From Octopus bimaculoides (lineage: Eukaryota), in contig NC_068982.1 in the NCBI RefSeq assembly GCF_001194135.2, positions 71,569,505 to 71,633,504 of the forward strand: a stretch of DNA of 64,000 bases. The letters are read 5' to 3'. How positions within the stretch are numbered: the stretch's first letter is position 1; each line of letters begins with the position of its first letter. The notes beneath the pieces are model-generated. The model was not told where the DNA came from and searched no databases. It saw nothing but the letters and a program-made list of their open reading frames with translations. The position numbers were made by a program, and so were the translations under genes. Below are positions 1 through 12,538 of the stretch, one piece after another.

Positions 1-155
1 ATCCATATATATATATATAAATAAAATAATATATAGATATATGTATATATCCATATATATATATATAAATAAAATAATATATAGATATATGTATATATCC
101 ATATATATATATAAATAAAATAATATATAGATATATGTATATATCCATATATATA
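1..155. repeat. AT-rich minisatellite, 46-48 bp unit, about 3.3 copies
   Basis: The unit atccatatatatatatataaataaaataatatatagatatatgtatat starts at 1, 49, 97 and partially at 143. Confidence 0.9.
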
Positions 156-537
156 TGTACATACCTACATCTATATGTATACATACATGCATATATGGGT
201 ACAGGACATAAAAAAAAACGTTAAACACAATGAGAAACGAAAACAGAAAATGAACTTTTTTCAAACGACGAAAAAAACAAACAGAGAAACGAGACATGCA
301 ACATAAAGAGTATACCTCTTCGTCAGTTGTCCCTATTTCATCTACTCCGCTTTTCAAAGGCAAAGACAATACGTGACTTTGTTGAAACAGTCCTTCCTGC
401 AAAGCAAATTAAATAAAATCTGGTATTTTTTGCGGAGGGTGAAAGTGTTAACAAGAACAGGACAGTGAGAACAAGACAGTAAATACAAACGGTGAGGGCT
501 GTTGAGCCAAGCTGATAGAAATATTATTATGAACATA

Positions 538-690
538 TATATGACAGCTTTCTTTCAGTTTCTGTCTACCAAATCCACTCAGGTTTTGGTCCAGCTGGGG
601 CTATTGTAGAAGACGCCCAAGGTGCCATGCAGTGGGACTGAACTCAGAACCATGTGTTGGGAAGTAAACTTTACCACACAGCCATGTCTA
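538..690 (-). mobile_element. SINE family A, 5' half
   Basis: ctttctttcagtttctgtctaccaaatccactc...taccacacagcca matches the full copies at 3665-4074 and 54041-54463. Confidence 0.8.
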
Positions 691-1814
691 TGACTACATA
701 TTAGATTGACAATAAAATAAATATTGAGATACAAGGAAAATTAAAGCTACAAATATCCATCCAGTTAGCAATTGGATGCACAGCTTCTGTCACATGTCTG
801 ATACTAAACTACATCAAACTCTTTATTATTGTCGCTAGACTGAACGATCAGTTAGGAAATGAATTCAGTTTACTAAGCAAGTGTTATAGACATGCTTTGA
901 AAGTTTGCCAGCAATCTTGAAAGGTTATAAGGTCAGACAAGTCAGTCGGTACTAAGTCAACCTCATTCACACATACCATCAGATGAAAAGAACATATATT
1001 TTAAGGCCGACACATTTGTGCTGTAACTAAATAGAAAGTGCTAGACACAATAAGATAAAAGGTGTGCTTGATATTTTTAATTATTTAAATTTATTCATAA
1101 GCTATATGTATATAAAATGCTCATTTCCTTTCATGTTATTGTTATATATATATATTGTCAAATTAGACCAAGCCATTATAAGGCATGATTGTTTAGTATT
1201 CTCTTTTTATTACATGTCTGAAAGCCTGTTATAGACTTACAAGTTTATGTAAACTTTAGCATTTATTGTTAAGCGGCTAATGTTTTTATCCCTTTCACTA
1301 CCATATTTCTGTTGAAGTATTCGTTTGTATTTACTGCTTTTGCATTTAGTTTACAGCTGCCAAATTAACTCCCCAGAGCTATAAGCATAAGATACTTACC
1401 CAAAATGCCATGCAGTAAAACTGAACCCCAAACCATATAGTTAGGAGGCAAGCTTCTTAATCAGACAGTCCTGCATTCACCTGTTTTGGAGATCTAATTT
1501 GCAAAATTTTGAGGGGTTTTGTATTAGGATTACAGTGTGACTATTTTTTTCTTTTTTTTTTCTTTTTTTCTTCTTTTTATCTTTGGTCAGTAAATGTTAT
1601 TTTTCTATTTGCTTCTATCTAGAAATCAAAGGAAATGACTACTATCCCCTTCAAACTTTATGTGACTTGGACATCAATGTTTTGAATCTGATATTTTTAT
1701 TACATTTCAGACAAATTCAATGTTGAGTTGTTGAAGCAGGAATATTTATTTCTTTATTGCCCACAGAAAAGCTAAACATGGGTGGGGGATTTGCGGCAAA
1801 CAAGGACAGACAAA

Positions 1815-1958
1815 GGGATTAAGTTGATTACATTAACCCCAGTGTGTAACTGGTACTTATTTGATTGACCCCGAAAGGACGAAAGGCAAAGTCGACCTTG
1901 GTGGAATTTGAACTCAGAACGTAATGGTAGATGAAATACCACTAACGTTTCTGCCAAC
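1815..1958 (-). mobile_element. SINE family C copy
   Basis: Reverse complement of the gagttcaaattccaccaaggtcgactttgcctttcgtcctttcggggtc core. Confidence 0.85.
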
Positions 1959-2161
1959 AGGAATACTGTTATAGCAAATATTCTGCTCCATACCAGATTT
2001 GCTTGTCAGTTGCTTGACTGTAACCACTTGAGCTTGTCCCTTTGTGGCTGACAGAGTAGTGGGGGAACATCATAGCCATATGTTGAAAGGGATTTTTGGT
2101 GAGTTTGAATTGATGCAATAAAAGCAAAGATTGAAAGAAATATCAGCCATTTTCCATACTT

Positions 2162-2165
<4 letters not shown>

Positions 2166-2194
<29 letters not shown>

Positions 2195-2362
2195 GTTTAA
2201 CGTCCGCTTTCCATGCTAGCATGGGTTGGACGATTTGACTGAGGACTGGTGAAACCGGATGGCAACACCAGGCTCCAGTCTAATTTGGCAGAGTTTCTAC
2301 AGCTGGATGCCCTTCCTAATGCCAACCACTCAGAGAGTGTAGTGGGTGCTTTTACGTGTCAC
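2166..2362 (-). mobile_element. RTE-type LINE 3' UTR with (GAT)n tail, young copy, interrupted by a gap
   Basis: Nearly identical to 4357-4552 and 14678-14860; (CAT)n run on the + strand. Confidence 0.85.
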
Positions 2363-2904
2363 NNNNNNNNNNNNNNNNNNNNNNNNNNNNNNNNNNNNNN
2401 NNNNNNNNNNNNNNNNNNNNNNNNNNNNNNNNNNNNNNNNNNNNNNNNNNNNNNNNNNNNNNNNNNNNNNNNNNNNNNNNNNNNNNNNNNNNNNNNNNNN
2501 NNNNNNNNNNNNNNNNNNNNNNNNNNNNNNNNNNNNNNNNNNNNNNNNNNNNNNNNNNNNNNNNNNNNNNNNNNNNNNNNNNNNNNNNNNNNNNNNNNGC
2601 TCTCTAAACTTTGCCCAGGCTATTCTCATTCTAGCAGCTACACTTTCAGCGCACCCACCCCCACTACTAACTTGGTCGCCCAGATAGCGGAAGCTATCGA
2701 CTACCTCTAGTTTTTCACCCTGGAATGAGATAGAAGTTGTTTCCTGTTTGTTTACAGTCTTTATTGCACCTGAACATCTGCTACAAACAAAAACTAACTT
2801 GCTAGTTAACCTTCCTTTGATGTTGCTGCACCTCTTATGTGTCCATAGCTTGCACCGGGTACATCTTATAGAGTTACTACCTACTCCTTTTCTACATACT
2901 GAGC

Positions 2905-3155
2905 AGGGCCAGTAAAAAGTTAAAGTTACCTTCTCAAGTCATTTCAACTCATAAGGGCCGGGTTTCCATAGCATATAAGTCCCCCACCTGGACCGGACAC
3001 TGGTCAGCCACATGATTACTCATTTTTGCCAGCTGAGTTGACTGGGGCAGCGTGAAATGAAGTGTGTTGCTCGAGAACATGATGTGTCGCCCAGTCCATG
3101 AATTGAAACCACAATTTTACAGTCATGAGTCTAACGCCCTGACCACTAAGCCATT
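2905..3155 (-). mobile_element. tRNA-derived SINE family E
   Basis: Reverse complement starts tggcttagtggtcagggcgttagactcatgac...gtttcaattc (A/B-box-like); homologous to 8707-8958. Confidence 0.75.
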
Positions 3156-3309
3156 CTTGGAGTAAGCAAATAGAAAATAGCAGTTGCTACCTAAGGACAA
3201 GAATTGTGTTACACAGTGTTATGATAGTCAGGGAAAACAACAATGGTGTTTTTTTTTTGTTTTTTATTTTATCATCACACCTTTATCACAGGTACATGGT
3301 TTTGTTGCT

Positions 3310-3510
3310 TAGTCCTAAGTCAACAATAGATCAAATTGGGGGGCTATGATCTAAAACCAGTTCAAATATGACCACCCTGTCATATTGTATATATTGGGAC
3401 TACATTGATATTTGTCCGTCTTTTTGTAAGATGGTACTGCATGATTTGAAGGAAATTTGGTTGCTATTTTTAGCAGATTAAGTGACTGCATAGGGACTCT
3501 CTTCTGGTGG
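3310..3510. repeat. Unclassified interspersed repeat (family G); related pieces near 32500, 35690, 37570, 40570, 49690 and 61440
   Basis: Shared motif gatttgaaggaaatttggttgctatttttagcag, recurring as gatttgatggagatttggttgctatttttagtag at about 61565. Confidence 0.55.
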
Positions 3511-3664
3511 GAGCATGTGTCAGTAACATCTGCAACAACATTTACTCATAATAAAACACGTGGTGTAATGCATTCACTGTCCACCCTTATTCATTGCAAG
3601 CCCCTTTCTGGTCTCAGGTTACCAAACCATTTATATTTAAAAAGCTTGCTCTTTATTTACTCTC

Positions 3665-4074
3665 CCTTTACTCTCTTTTACTTGTTTCAGTCATTTGACT
3701 GTGGCCATGCTGGAGCACCGCCTTTAGTCGAGCAAATCGACCCCAGGACTTATTCCTTGGAAGCCTAGTACTTATTCTATCGGTCTCTTTTGCCGAACCG
3801 CTAAGTTACGGGGACGTAAACACACCACCATCGGTTGTCAAGCGATGCTGGGGGGACAAACACAGGCACACAAACACATACATACGCATACATATATATA
3901 TATATACATACGACGGGCTTCTTTCCGTTTCCATCTACCAAATCCACTCATAAGGCTTTGGTCGGCTTGAGGCTATAGTAGAAGACACTTGCCCAAGGTG
4001 TCATGCAGTAGGAATGAACCCAGAACCATGTGGTTGGTAAGCAAGCTACTTACCACACAGCCACTTTTGCACCT
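3665..4074 (-). mobile_element. Full-length tRNA-derived SINE family A with central (CA/TA)n
   Basis: Reverse complement head aggtgcaaaagtggctgtgtggtaag...ggttctgggttcattcc (A-box TGGCTGTGTGG, B-box-like GGTTCA); 3' hairpin CAGTCA/TGACTG; (AAAGAGT)-type tail. Many other copies in the window. Confidence 0.9.
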
Positions 4075-4356
4075 TTTTATTTTATTTTATTTTATTTTAT
4101 TTTTTTCCATCATTAAAATTGCAACCCAGATCTCATTTATTACTTGCTTATTATTGTAAGAAACTGTTTTGATTTTTTGAAAATGAATTGAAACGCAAAC
4201 AAGTGCATGCATGACTGTGTGTGGTTTTGAGTCCACATAGTAACCACATGACTTCAGGTTTAGTCTCTGTGCGCAGATCTTGAACTGAACTGGTGTCCTC
4301 TACTATTTCTATTAGTCAACCGATTTACAAAGTGACTTGCATAACTTTGTAACATC

Positions 4357-5245
4357 ATCATCATCATCATCATCATCATCGTTTAACGTCCGCTTTCCAT
4401 GCTAGCATGGGTTGGACGATTTGACTGAGGACTGGTGAAACCGGATGGCAACACCAGGCTCCAGTCTGATTTGGCAGAGTTTCTACAGCTGGATGCCCTT
4501 CCTAACGCCAACCACTCAGAGAGTGTAGTGGGTGCTTTTACGTGTCACCCGCNNNNNNNNNNNNNNNNNNNNNNNNNNNNNNNNNNNNNNNNNNNNNNNN
4601 NNNNNNNNNNNNNNNNNNNNNNNNNNNNNNNNNNNNNNNNNNNNNNNNNNNNNNNNNNNNNNNNNNNNNNNNNNNNNNNNNNNNNNNNNNNNNNNNNNNN
4701 NNNNNNNNNNNNNNNNNNNNNNNNNNNNNNNNNNNNNNNNNNNNNNNNNNNNNNNNNNNNNNNNNNNNNNNNNNNNNNNNNNNNNNNNNNNNNNNNNNNN
4801 NNNNNNNNNNNNNNNNNNNNNNNNNNNNNNNNNNNNNNNNNNNNNNNNNNNNNNNGTCTTCTCACGCACAGCACATTTCCAAAGGTCTCGGTCAGTAGTC
4901 ATCGCCTCGGTGAGGCCCAATGTACGAAGGTCTTGCCTCACCACCTCAGCCCAGGTCTTCCTGGGCCTACCTCTTCCACGGGTTCCCTCAACTGTTAGGG
5001 TGTGGCACTTTTTCACGCAGCTATCCTCCTCCATTCTCACCACATGTCCATACCAGTGCATGGCAGTGAAACATGGGCTGTAACTGCTGAGGACATACGT
5101 AAGCTCGCAAGGAATGAAGCCAGTATGCTCCGTTGGATGTGTAATGTCAATGTGAATACCCGTCAGAGTGTAAGTATCTTGAGAGAAAAGCTGAACATTA
5201 GAAGCATCAGTTGTGGCGTGCAAGAGAGACGATTGCGCTGGTATG
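4357..5245 (-). mobile_element. 5'-truncated RTE-clade LINE with an inverted 5' segment; target-site duplication gtaacatc (4349-4356 and 5246-5253)
   Basis: Minus strand 5059-4856 encodes WYGHVVRMEEDSCVKKCHTLTVEGTRGRGRPRKTWAEVVRQDL...DRDLWK, a typical RTE ORF C-terminus. Plus strand 5058-5246 encodes the upstream part HGSETW...KLARNEASMLRWM...RLRWYG. (GAT)n tail; gap at 4553-4855. Confidence 0.9.
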
Positions 5246-6859
5246 GTAACATCTACCAATTAAAAAAGAAATATATATATACGTACATATTTTAGGTATA
5301 TGAATGTACTGATGTATGTGAATGTTTACATTCTACATGCTGTCCATAGCCGAATGGTGACATCTGTTGACATTATAGTGTCAACAGTTCGTCTGATAAC
5401 TCTGCACTTTCAAAGATAAAGAATTAGCAATAAGAAAGGCATCTGACTGTAGAAAAAATATGCCTAAATGATATGCATCTGTCTGATCCATGCTAGCAGG
5501 AAAAAAAAACATGTAAAATGAACAAATTATTTTAATCATTAGGGTTGACGTGAAAGAGTTAAGGATAGATTTTTGATGTTTTTCTGGAAATTTTTTTACA
5601 CCAAGTTCCTCTAAACTACTAGACAATCTGCTAGAGACATGGTAAAATTCTAAGTGCCTCTGTGTGTGTGTGTGTGTGTGTATGGCATTGCTTTGTGCTA
5701 ATGAATGTTAATAATCTATTTTTTATCTTTTCCGAAGTCTCCCCACCCCCATTATTTTTGTATTAAATTCTCATTATCAAGATTGGATTTTTAGTTTTTT
5801 CTTTCTTTCTTTCCTTTTGTGTGGGTGGGAGTAGAGGGTGGATGGTTTTAAAAAAAAAAGTTTGTTTTATCTGTAACTCGGAAGTTCATTAATGCATTTC
5901 GTCCTAAATTCCTTTTCTTTCTAATACCATCAGCTCAGAGCTGTATAACTTAGCTTTATCATTTCACCTTACCTTAGCCCTTTTCCTTTAAGTGTTTGGG
6001 CATTTCTTTCTCAAACATTTGCTTGTACAGGTGTTGAACATCCCCATATATATATATATATGGTCTACTATCCAGCATTTAGACTTTTTTTGTTTGTTTC
6101 ATCTACTCAGTAATTATTATTATTATTATTCTAGTTTTATTGTTGTAGTTGCTGCTGTGACTGTTATTGCTGGTTCTATTCTTTTGTCGCTCTTTTCTCT
6201 TTCATGTTACAATAAGCTTTCTAGATCAAATATTTCCAGGTTGGAATGCTAGCAGCATTGACCTACTTTTATTTATATACATATATATTACTGTTTCTCT
6301 CTCCAATACTCTTCTTCTGCTAAATTTCAAGAACCATCTTTAAATTTCTTTTGTTTATTTATTTATTTATTTATTCTTTTAATCATTTCACTACGTTTAC
6401 TCTAGTTTATCTCTTCTTTCTCTCAAATCCTAGTTACAATTTCTTCTTTCTAATTTTAGACAGTAGTTACACACACACACACACACACACACCTTTTGTA
6501 CATAAAACAATTTGAAAATTCAAGGTAAAAGCTAGTTTGTTTTTGTGGGTTTTAAAACAATTTTTCAGGTTTTAACATTTGCATGTAGATTATTGTAGGC
6601 ATTAGCATGGTTGTGTGGTAAGAAGATTGCTTCCAAACCACATGATTTCAGGTTCAGTACTTCTGTATGGTAAGTGAATTTCTTAGATGAGAAATGCAAG
6701 AAGCCGGTATTATTACGATTATAATGATGAGGGTCTTAAATTTGGATATTCTCCTGAACACTAACGTTTTAAATCAATTATTTTCCAAATAGATTGATTC
6801 CCTATACGATGTGGTTAAACTTTGTGTCGAACTCTGGTCCAGCAATTTTGTATTGACCT

Positions 6860-7375
6860 TTTTTGTTATAATTTTTCTCTTGAAATACACTGCTTTTGTT
6901 TCAAATAATTTTGACAATAATGAAGAATTTAGTAAACTGACTTTGCCATTGTTGCGCTTGTGTTTGGGACATAACATGAGATTTCGATGGAAGATTTTAA
7001 TTTAGATCCTCTCTAAGTGTTTTGTTACCATATTTCCGTTGAAATATGCTCCCTTTGTTTCAAATAATTTTGTGAATAATGAAGAATTTAGTGAAATAAC
7101 TTTGTCATTATTAAGCTGGTGTTTGGAACATAAATGAAACTTGAAATTCTAATAACAAGTTTTTGTTATATTTCTGTTGCAATATGCTGGCTTTGTTTCA
7201 ATTCATTTTGAAAATAATGCAGAATTTGACAAAATGACTGTTGTTATTCAGCTGATGTTTAGAACCTAAACATGAAATTTCAATAGAAGCTTTTTAATTT
7301 AGACCACTTTAAAGCAGAAAGCTTGTATCATAGAATAGGGGTCAGTCTCAGGTGTGTTGCTATCAAAAGCATTAA
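6860..7375. mobile_element. MITE-like element with three tandem ~140-160 bp internal units
   Basis: The unit tttgtt...ttgaaata...tttgtttcaaataattttg...aataatgaagaatttag...tgtttggaacataa starts near 6860, 7020 and 7160. It ends atcaaaagcattaa, resembling a TTAA-type terminus. Confidence 0.6.
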
Positions 7376-8706
7376 AGACAAAAAAAAAAGACGTTTAGTG
7401 GAGGGGACCTTAACTAGGCACGTTGCAGCCTCAACTTTGCTTTTGTGTCTGTCTCACTTGAAAAGTAACAACTGTAATAGAGGCAGGTAAAGCTGACCTG
7501 TTCAAAATGACTACAATTAACATGGATTTTAATAGAATGTCGAATACCAGGCTTTAAAAGAAAAAAAGTACTGATGTCAATTCATTTGTAACCTTGTAGG
7601 GATTTGGTTGAACAAATTGACTACAGGACTTCTTTTTTTACGCCTAATACTTATTCTATCAGTTTCTTTTGCTGAACTGCTAGGTAAACATACTAACACT
7701 GGTTGTCAACTGGTGGTGGGAAACACACACACACACACACACACACACATGATAGGTTTCTTTCAGTTTCCGTCTCCCAAATCCACTCACAAAGCTTTGG
7801 TTGGCTGAGGCTATAATAGGAGACAGTTGCCCAAGGTGCCACTCAGTGAGATTGAACCTGGAACCATATGATTGGGAAACAAGCTTCTTACCACAGAGCC
7901 ACACCTGCTAGTTTTTTTTTTTTTTTTTTGTTAACACAGAAAATAAATCTCAGTTGTAGCAATCATTGATATTTAATTTATTTTCAGCATTATGAATAAG
8001 ACTTCATCAAAAATAAATAAATAAAACAAGTAAAATGAATTATGAATGAGCTGAACTTAGTTCATAATGACAAATTCAATAATCTTTTCAATAATATAAT
8101 GGGTTTGAATTGCATTAATCCAGTTGCATTTCAGATATACTGATTGACTTTATTAAGGTGTTTCTTATCTCATTTACTTGTGCATTGTTTTGATGGCCTT
8201 CAAATTTTTAATGGCTGTAGTAATGTACCAGCTTCATTTAGAAACACTCTATAAATACAACATTGTGGGACTCTGTGCATGTGATAGAGTTTGCTCTGAA
8301 AGAAGGGGCTATTCTGTGACCTTTGTCAGCTCTCCAACGCAGATGAGTTCAATGTGGTTGACATTCTTGAATAATCGCAGGGTGATGATTGTAAGGAAAA
8401 TATGGCAGGGCTGGATTCCTGAGGTAGAATATATTGGGGAAGAATGGTTGGAATTAGTGTTTAGTGCTAAGCCTGGATGGAAAAGGCAGTCATGATATAG
8501 GTGACAAGTGGAAACATGTAACGCCTGAGAATTTCTATCGACCAAACCCACTGATAAGGCTTTGGTCAGGCTGGGCTATAGTAGAAGACACTTGCCCAAG
8601 GTGCTGTATAAGAGGACTGAACCCAAGACCATATGGTTGGGAAACAAGCTTCTTATCCACATAAGCATGACTGAATAGAGGTAGCGCAAGATCAGCCAGT
8701 TACAAG

Positions 8707-8958
8707 GGAGACGCGTGGCTTAGTGGTTAGGGTGTTGGACTCCTGATCGTAAGATTGTGGTTTTGATTCCTGGATCAGGCAACATGTGTTCTTGAGCAAA
8801 ACTCTTTGTTTCACTTTGCTCCTGTCTATTCAGCTGGCAAAAATAATTAATCTTGTGATGGACTGGCATCCTGTCCCAGTATGGAATTTATATACGCCAT
8901 GGAAACTGGGAAACTGGCCTTTATGAATTAACATGACTCAAGAAGATAAGAATCAGTT
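8707..8958 (+). mobile_element. tRNA-derived SINE family E
   Basis: ggagacgcgtggcttagtggttagggtgttggactcctgatcgtaagattgtggttttgattcctgg has an A-box and B-box in a tRNA-Arg-like layout; the body contains gatggactggcatcctgtcc. Confidence 0.8.
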
Positions 8959-9029
8959 ACAAGGTGCCAGTACCACTGTAGTATTAGTAGAAAAGCAAAG
9001 CAAGAAGACAGTACATTGGTGAAGAACTA

Positions 9030-9420
9030 ACTCTGTCAATCACTCTGGTGGCTTTTTTGCCTGGTTGTGGTCAGGGGCATCTGCGTATGCAGCCAGAATA
9101 TCATCTCACAGAGGTGTCACTTGTGCCTTCTTAGCAACTGTTGGTTACTAAAGTATTGCTTAGTTGTGGACGTGAAGTCACAAGAAGAGATCCTCAATGA
9201 TTTAGGAAGGTTTCATTTGAGTGTTGTCCATGGCTAGGAGTGGTTGGTGTACAGCGGGGTTTACTTCATATGTGCAATGTGCTGTGATTCGATCTTTGTG
9301 TTATTGAAGGATACAAGATTCTTTAGAGAATGTTGCCAAGCTCTCTGTTTATGGAGATAACACAGGTTTGCCGTGAGGTGTCTAGGTTGCATATAGAAGA
9401 TTAGACTGTGCTTATACTGT
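9030..9420 (-). mobile_element. Degenerate CR1/L2-group LINE fragment, C-terminal to the RT domain
   Basis: Minus strand KNLVSFNNTK at about 9294-9323 resembles the (K/N)NLVxFNxxKT motif. It shares cctagacacctcac...tatc...cataaacagaga with the RT fragment at 21885-22120. Multiple stops. Confidence 0.55.
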
Positions 9421-10889
9421 GATTATGTTTCTGATACAAGAGACAAGAGTGAGGGGGGGGGGGCCTTGAATGCAGGCATTTTAATTTGGGGATTCATATG
9501 AAGAGTGGAAGGCTGTTGGTGAATTATACAGAGTAAGTTTCCAGTAGGAAAAAAATAGCACCTACACTATAAAATGATTGGCATTAGGATGGGTATCCAG
9601 CTGTAAAAACCATGCCAAAAGTTAACATTGGAGCTTGACACATCCCTCTGACTCGTTGGATCCTGTCAAACCATCCAACTCATGCCAGTATTGAAAAACT
9701 GACATTAAAATAATGATGATGACGGTTTAACTTCTTTTAAATCTTTTGCAACCAACAGCATTTTTTCCTTAAAGTAATATGGATCCCGTTGTTGCTTTCT
9801 GAGCTGTGAAGATTTGTTGTAGAAGCACTCTCTTATTTTATTAGTATTTTATCATTAAATTTTTTGACAGTGACAAAATAGCTTGCGTCTGTGACTATAA
9901 CTGTAACACTTTAGTTATTTGGGGTTGTATTCAGTTAATATTGTTTAGCTGCCTCTGGTTTCTTCCCCTCCTCACTTCCTCCTCCTCCACAGTGCTGCTC
10001 TCTTATCTTGTTGAATGGTATGCTAACCATCTTCTACATTTGTCTTTTGCCATGCACCATTGCTCAGAACTTATTTGTTGTTTTGCGAATACACCACTGC
10101 TTAGAGCTATTAGTCCAGTAAGCCATTCAAGAGATTAAAAGATAGCAGAGGCTTCTGATGCCCTCAGAATTGGCTTAATGCCAGCCAAGCATTTCATTGG
10201 CGCCACTTGTAGTTTGGTGAATGTTTATTGAAGTGACTAAGGTAGTGTGTGCAGAGAGTACCAATGGGGGTGGGTGAAGTATGAAGAAATTTAGTTGTTT
10301 GTGTTCTTGCCTTCTTTCCAGTTACTACTAAACTACTACTCCCTGTCTGTTGTGCTTCCTTCACATTCTCTTTCTGTCTGCTGGCTCCCTCCCTCCCTCC
10401 CTCTCTCTCTCTCTCTCTGTATGTGATCTGAAGTGAATGCTTTGANNNNNNNNNNNNNNNNNNNNNNNNNNNNNNNNNNNNNNNNNNNNNNNNNNNNNNN
10501 NNNNNNNNNNNNNNNNNNNNNNNNNNNNNNNNNNNNNNNNNNNNNNNNNNNNNNNNNNNNNNNNNNNNNNNNNNNNNNNNNNNNNNNNNNNNNNNNNNNN
10601 NNNNNNNNNNNNNNNNNNNNNNNNNNNNNNNNNNNNNNNNNNNNNNNNNNNNNNNNNNNNNNNNNNNNNNNNNNNNNNNNNNNNNNNNNNNNNNNNNNNN
10701 NNNNNNNNNNNNNNNNNNNNNNNNNNNNNNNNNNNNNNNNNNNNNNNNNNNNNNNNNNNNNNNNNNNNNNNNNNNNNNNNNNNNNNNNNNNNNNNNNNNN
10801 NNNNNNNNNNNNNNNNNNNNNNNNNNNNNNNNNNNNNNNNNNNNNNNNNNNNNNNNNNNNNNNNNNNNNNGATTTACATATAATATCTT

Positions 10890-11074
10890 GTTTCAGTCAT
10901 TAGACTGTGGCCATGCTAGGGCACCGCCTTGAATTTTTAGTCAAATGAATCGACCCCAGTACTTTTTTTTTAGCCTGGTACTTATTCTATTGATGTCTTT
11001 TGCCAAACTGCTAAGTTACAGGTATGTAAGCATGCCAACACCATTGTCAAGTGGCGGAAGGTGGACAAACACAG

Positions 11075-11120
<46 letters not shown>

Positions 11121-11670
11121 ACCATCATCATTATCATTTAACGTCTGTTGTCCATGCTGGCATGGGTTTCAGTTTGATCAGGGCTGGCAAGCCGGAAGGT
11201 TGCACCAGACTCCAATCTGATTGGGCACGGTTTTTACGGCTGGATGCCTTTCCCAACACCAACCACTCTGAGTGTAATGGGTTCTTTTACGTGCCACTGA
11301 CATGGGTGCCATTTGCATGACACCAGTATCTGCCACAGCTGCAATTTTACTTGGCTTGACTGGTCTTCTCAAGTTCTGCATAATGTCAAAGGTCTCGGTC
11401 ATTCATTATTGCCTCTGTGAGGCCCAACACTCAAAAGGTGTTTTTTACGTGCCACCGGCATCAGCCACCTTGCCTACATAAGGCCCTCAAAAGGTGCTTT
11501 TTATGTGCCAGTTAGGTGATGGGTTTCTTTCAGTTTCTGTCTGCCAAATCCACCAGCAAGTCTCTGGTTGGCCAAGGCTATATTTGAAGACACTCGCCCA
11601 AGGTGCCATGCAGCGAGACTAAACCCAGAACCATGTGGTTGGGAAGCAAGCTTCTTACCGCGCAGCCATG
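10890..11670 (-). mobile_element. SINE family A split by an older RTE-type 3' end (about 11117-11510) inserted in its central (CA)n
   Basis: Family A 3' half at 10890-11115, RTE-like segment with ccatgctggcatgg and an ORF-end remnant, then family A 5' half at 11520-11670. Confidence 0.75.
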
Positions 11671-11869
11671 GCTACACACACGCACATGTGCACACTCACA
11701 CCACATGTAGTAGGGCACAGGGAAGGTGAAGCGAAAGAATTTTTATTTAAAGAACAAAAATACTGAAGGAGTTTCATGGATATTTTGAAATATATCTGCT
11801 CTCAGAGAACTGTAATTTTTTCTTTTTCTTCTTTAATATAAATTCCATTTTGGTGATCTGAATACTGTT

Positions 11870-11906
<37 letters not shown>

Positions 11907-12184
11907 ATTTATATATTTATTTATTGCTTTTCTTAAGAATATGCTGATAATGGCATTCTTTAAATAGTAAGATGTTGAATTGATCAGCAGTCACACTTTG
12001 CATTTCTGCTCCGAAGACATGTTATCTCCCCTCCTTGCCTTTTTTCCATTACTATTTTACTGCTACTACAGCTGCTTCTGTTTGGTCTTCTCTCACCGCT
12101 ACTCAAGAACCCCCTACTCCCCCTCAACTCCTCCTCACCCATAATGTCTCTCCCACCCCACCAACCATCATGCCCAGTCCTTAT

Positions 12185-12538
12185 CCCTTTAGCATTCAGA
12201 TTACTCTGTCAAATGTAATGCTTATTTATTCACATTATTTTGAATTACTCATGTATTACCTTGTAGTAGTCAGATTTCAATGACATGACTGTTTAGAAAG
12301 GCATTGTTGGGTAGGTGTGAGAAGCCTGATATGGCCACTTTGAACATAAAACAAGAATATTTGGGTCAAATATGGCTGGTTTAACCTTTCAGCATTTAAA
12401 CTGGCCATATCCAGCCCAAATATTCTACCTGTTTTATGTTCAAAATCGCCAGGTTCTGGCCTCTCAAAGCTACAAGATAATGCATGTGTATAAATTAGCA
12501 TTTTATTTGACAGAGTAATATGAATACTAAAGGGTTAA
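12185..12538. mobile_element. Two head-to-head TTAA-type (piggyBac-like) MITE copies
   Basis: Copy 12385-12534 is bounded by TTAA (12381-12384, 12535-12538) with ends ccttt.agcatt and aatactaaaggg. Segment 12185-12384 is the reverse-complement copy, lacking its last ~14 bp. Confidence 0.7.

Noticed and set aside
150-540. Possible Penelope-like element end (also about 42540-42610)
   Set aside because: It looks repeat-like, but I found no RT or GIY-YIG coding remnant or terminal structure, so it is left unclassified.
2814-2823. Isolated TCF sites (CCTTTGATGT here, ATCAAAG at 45725 within the exon, others in repeats)
   Set aside because: Single 7-10-mers are expected by chance in 64 kb; no helper motif or island context.
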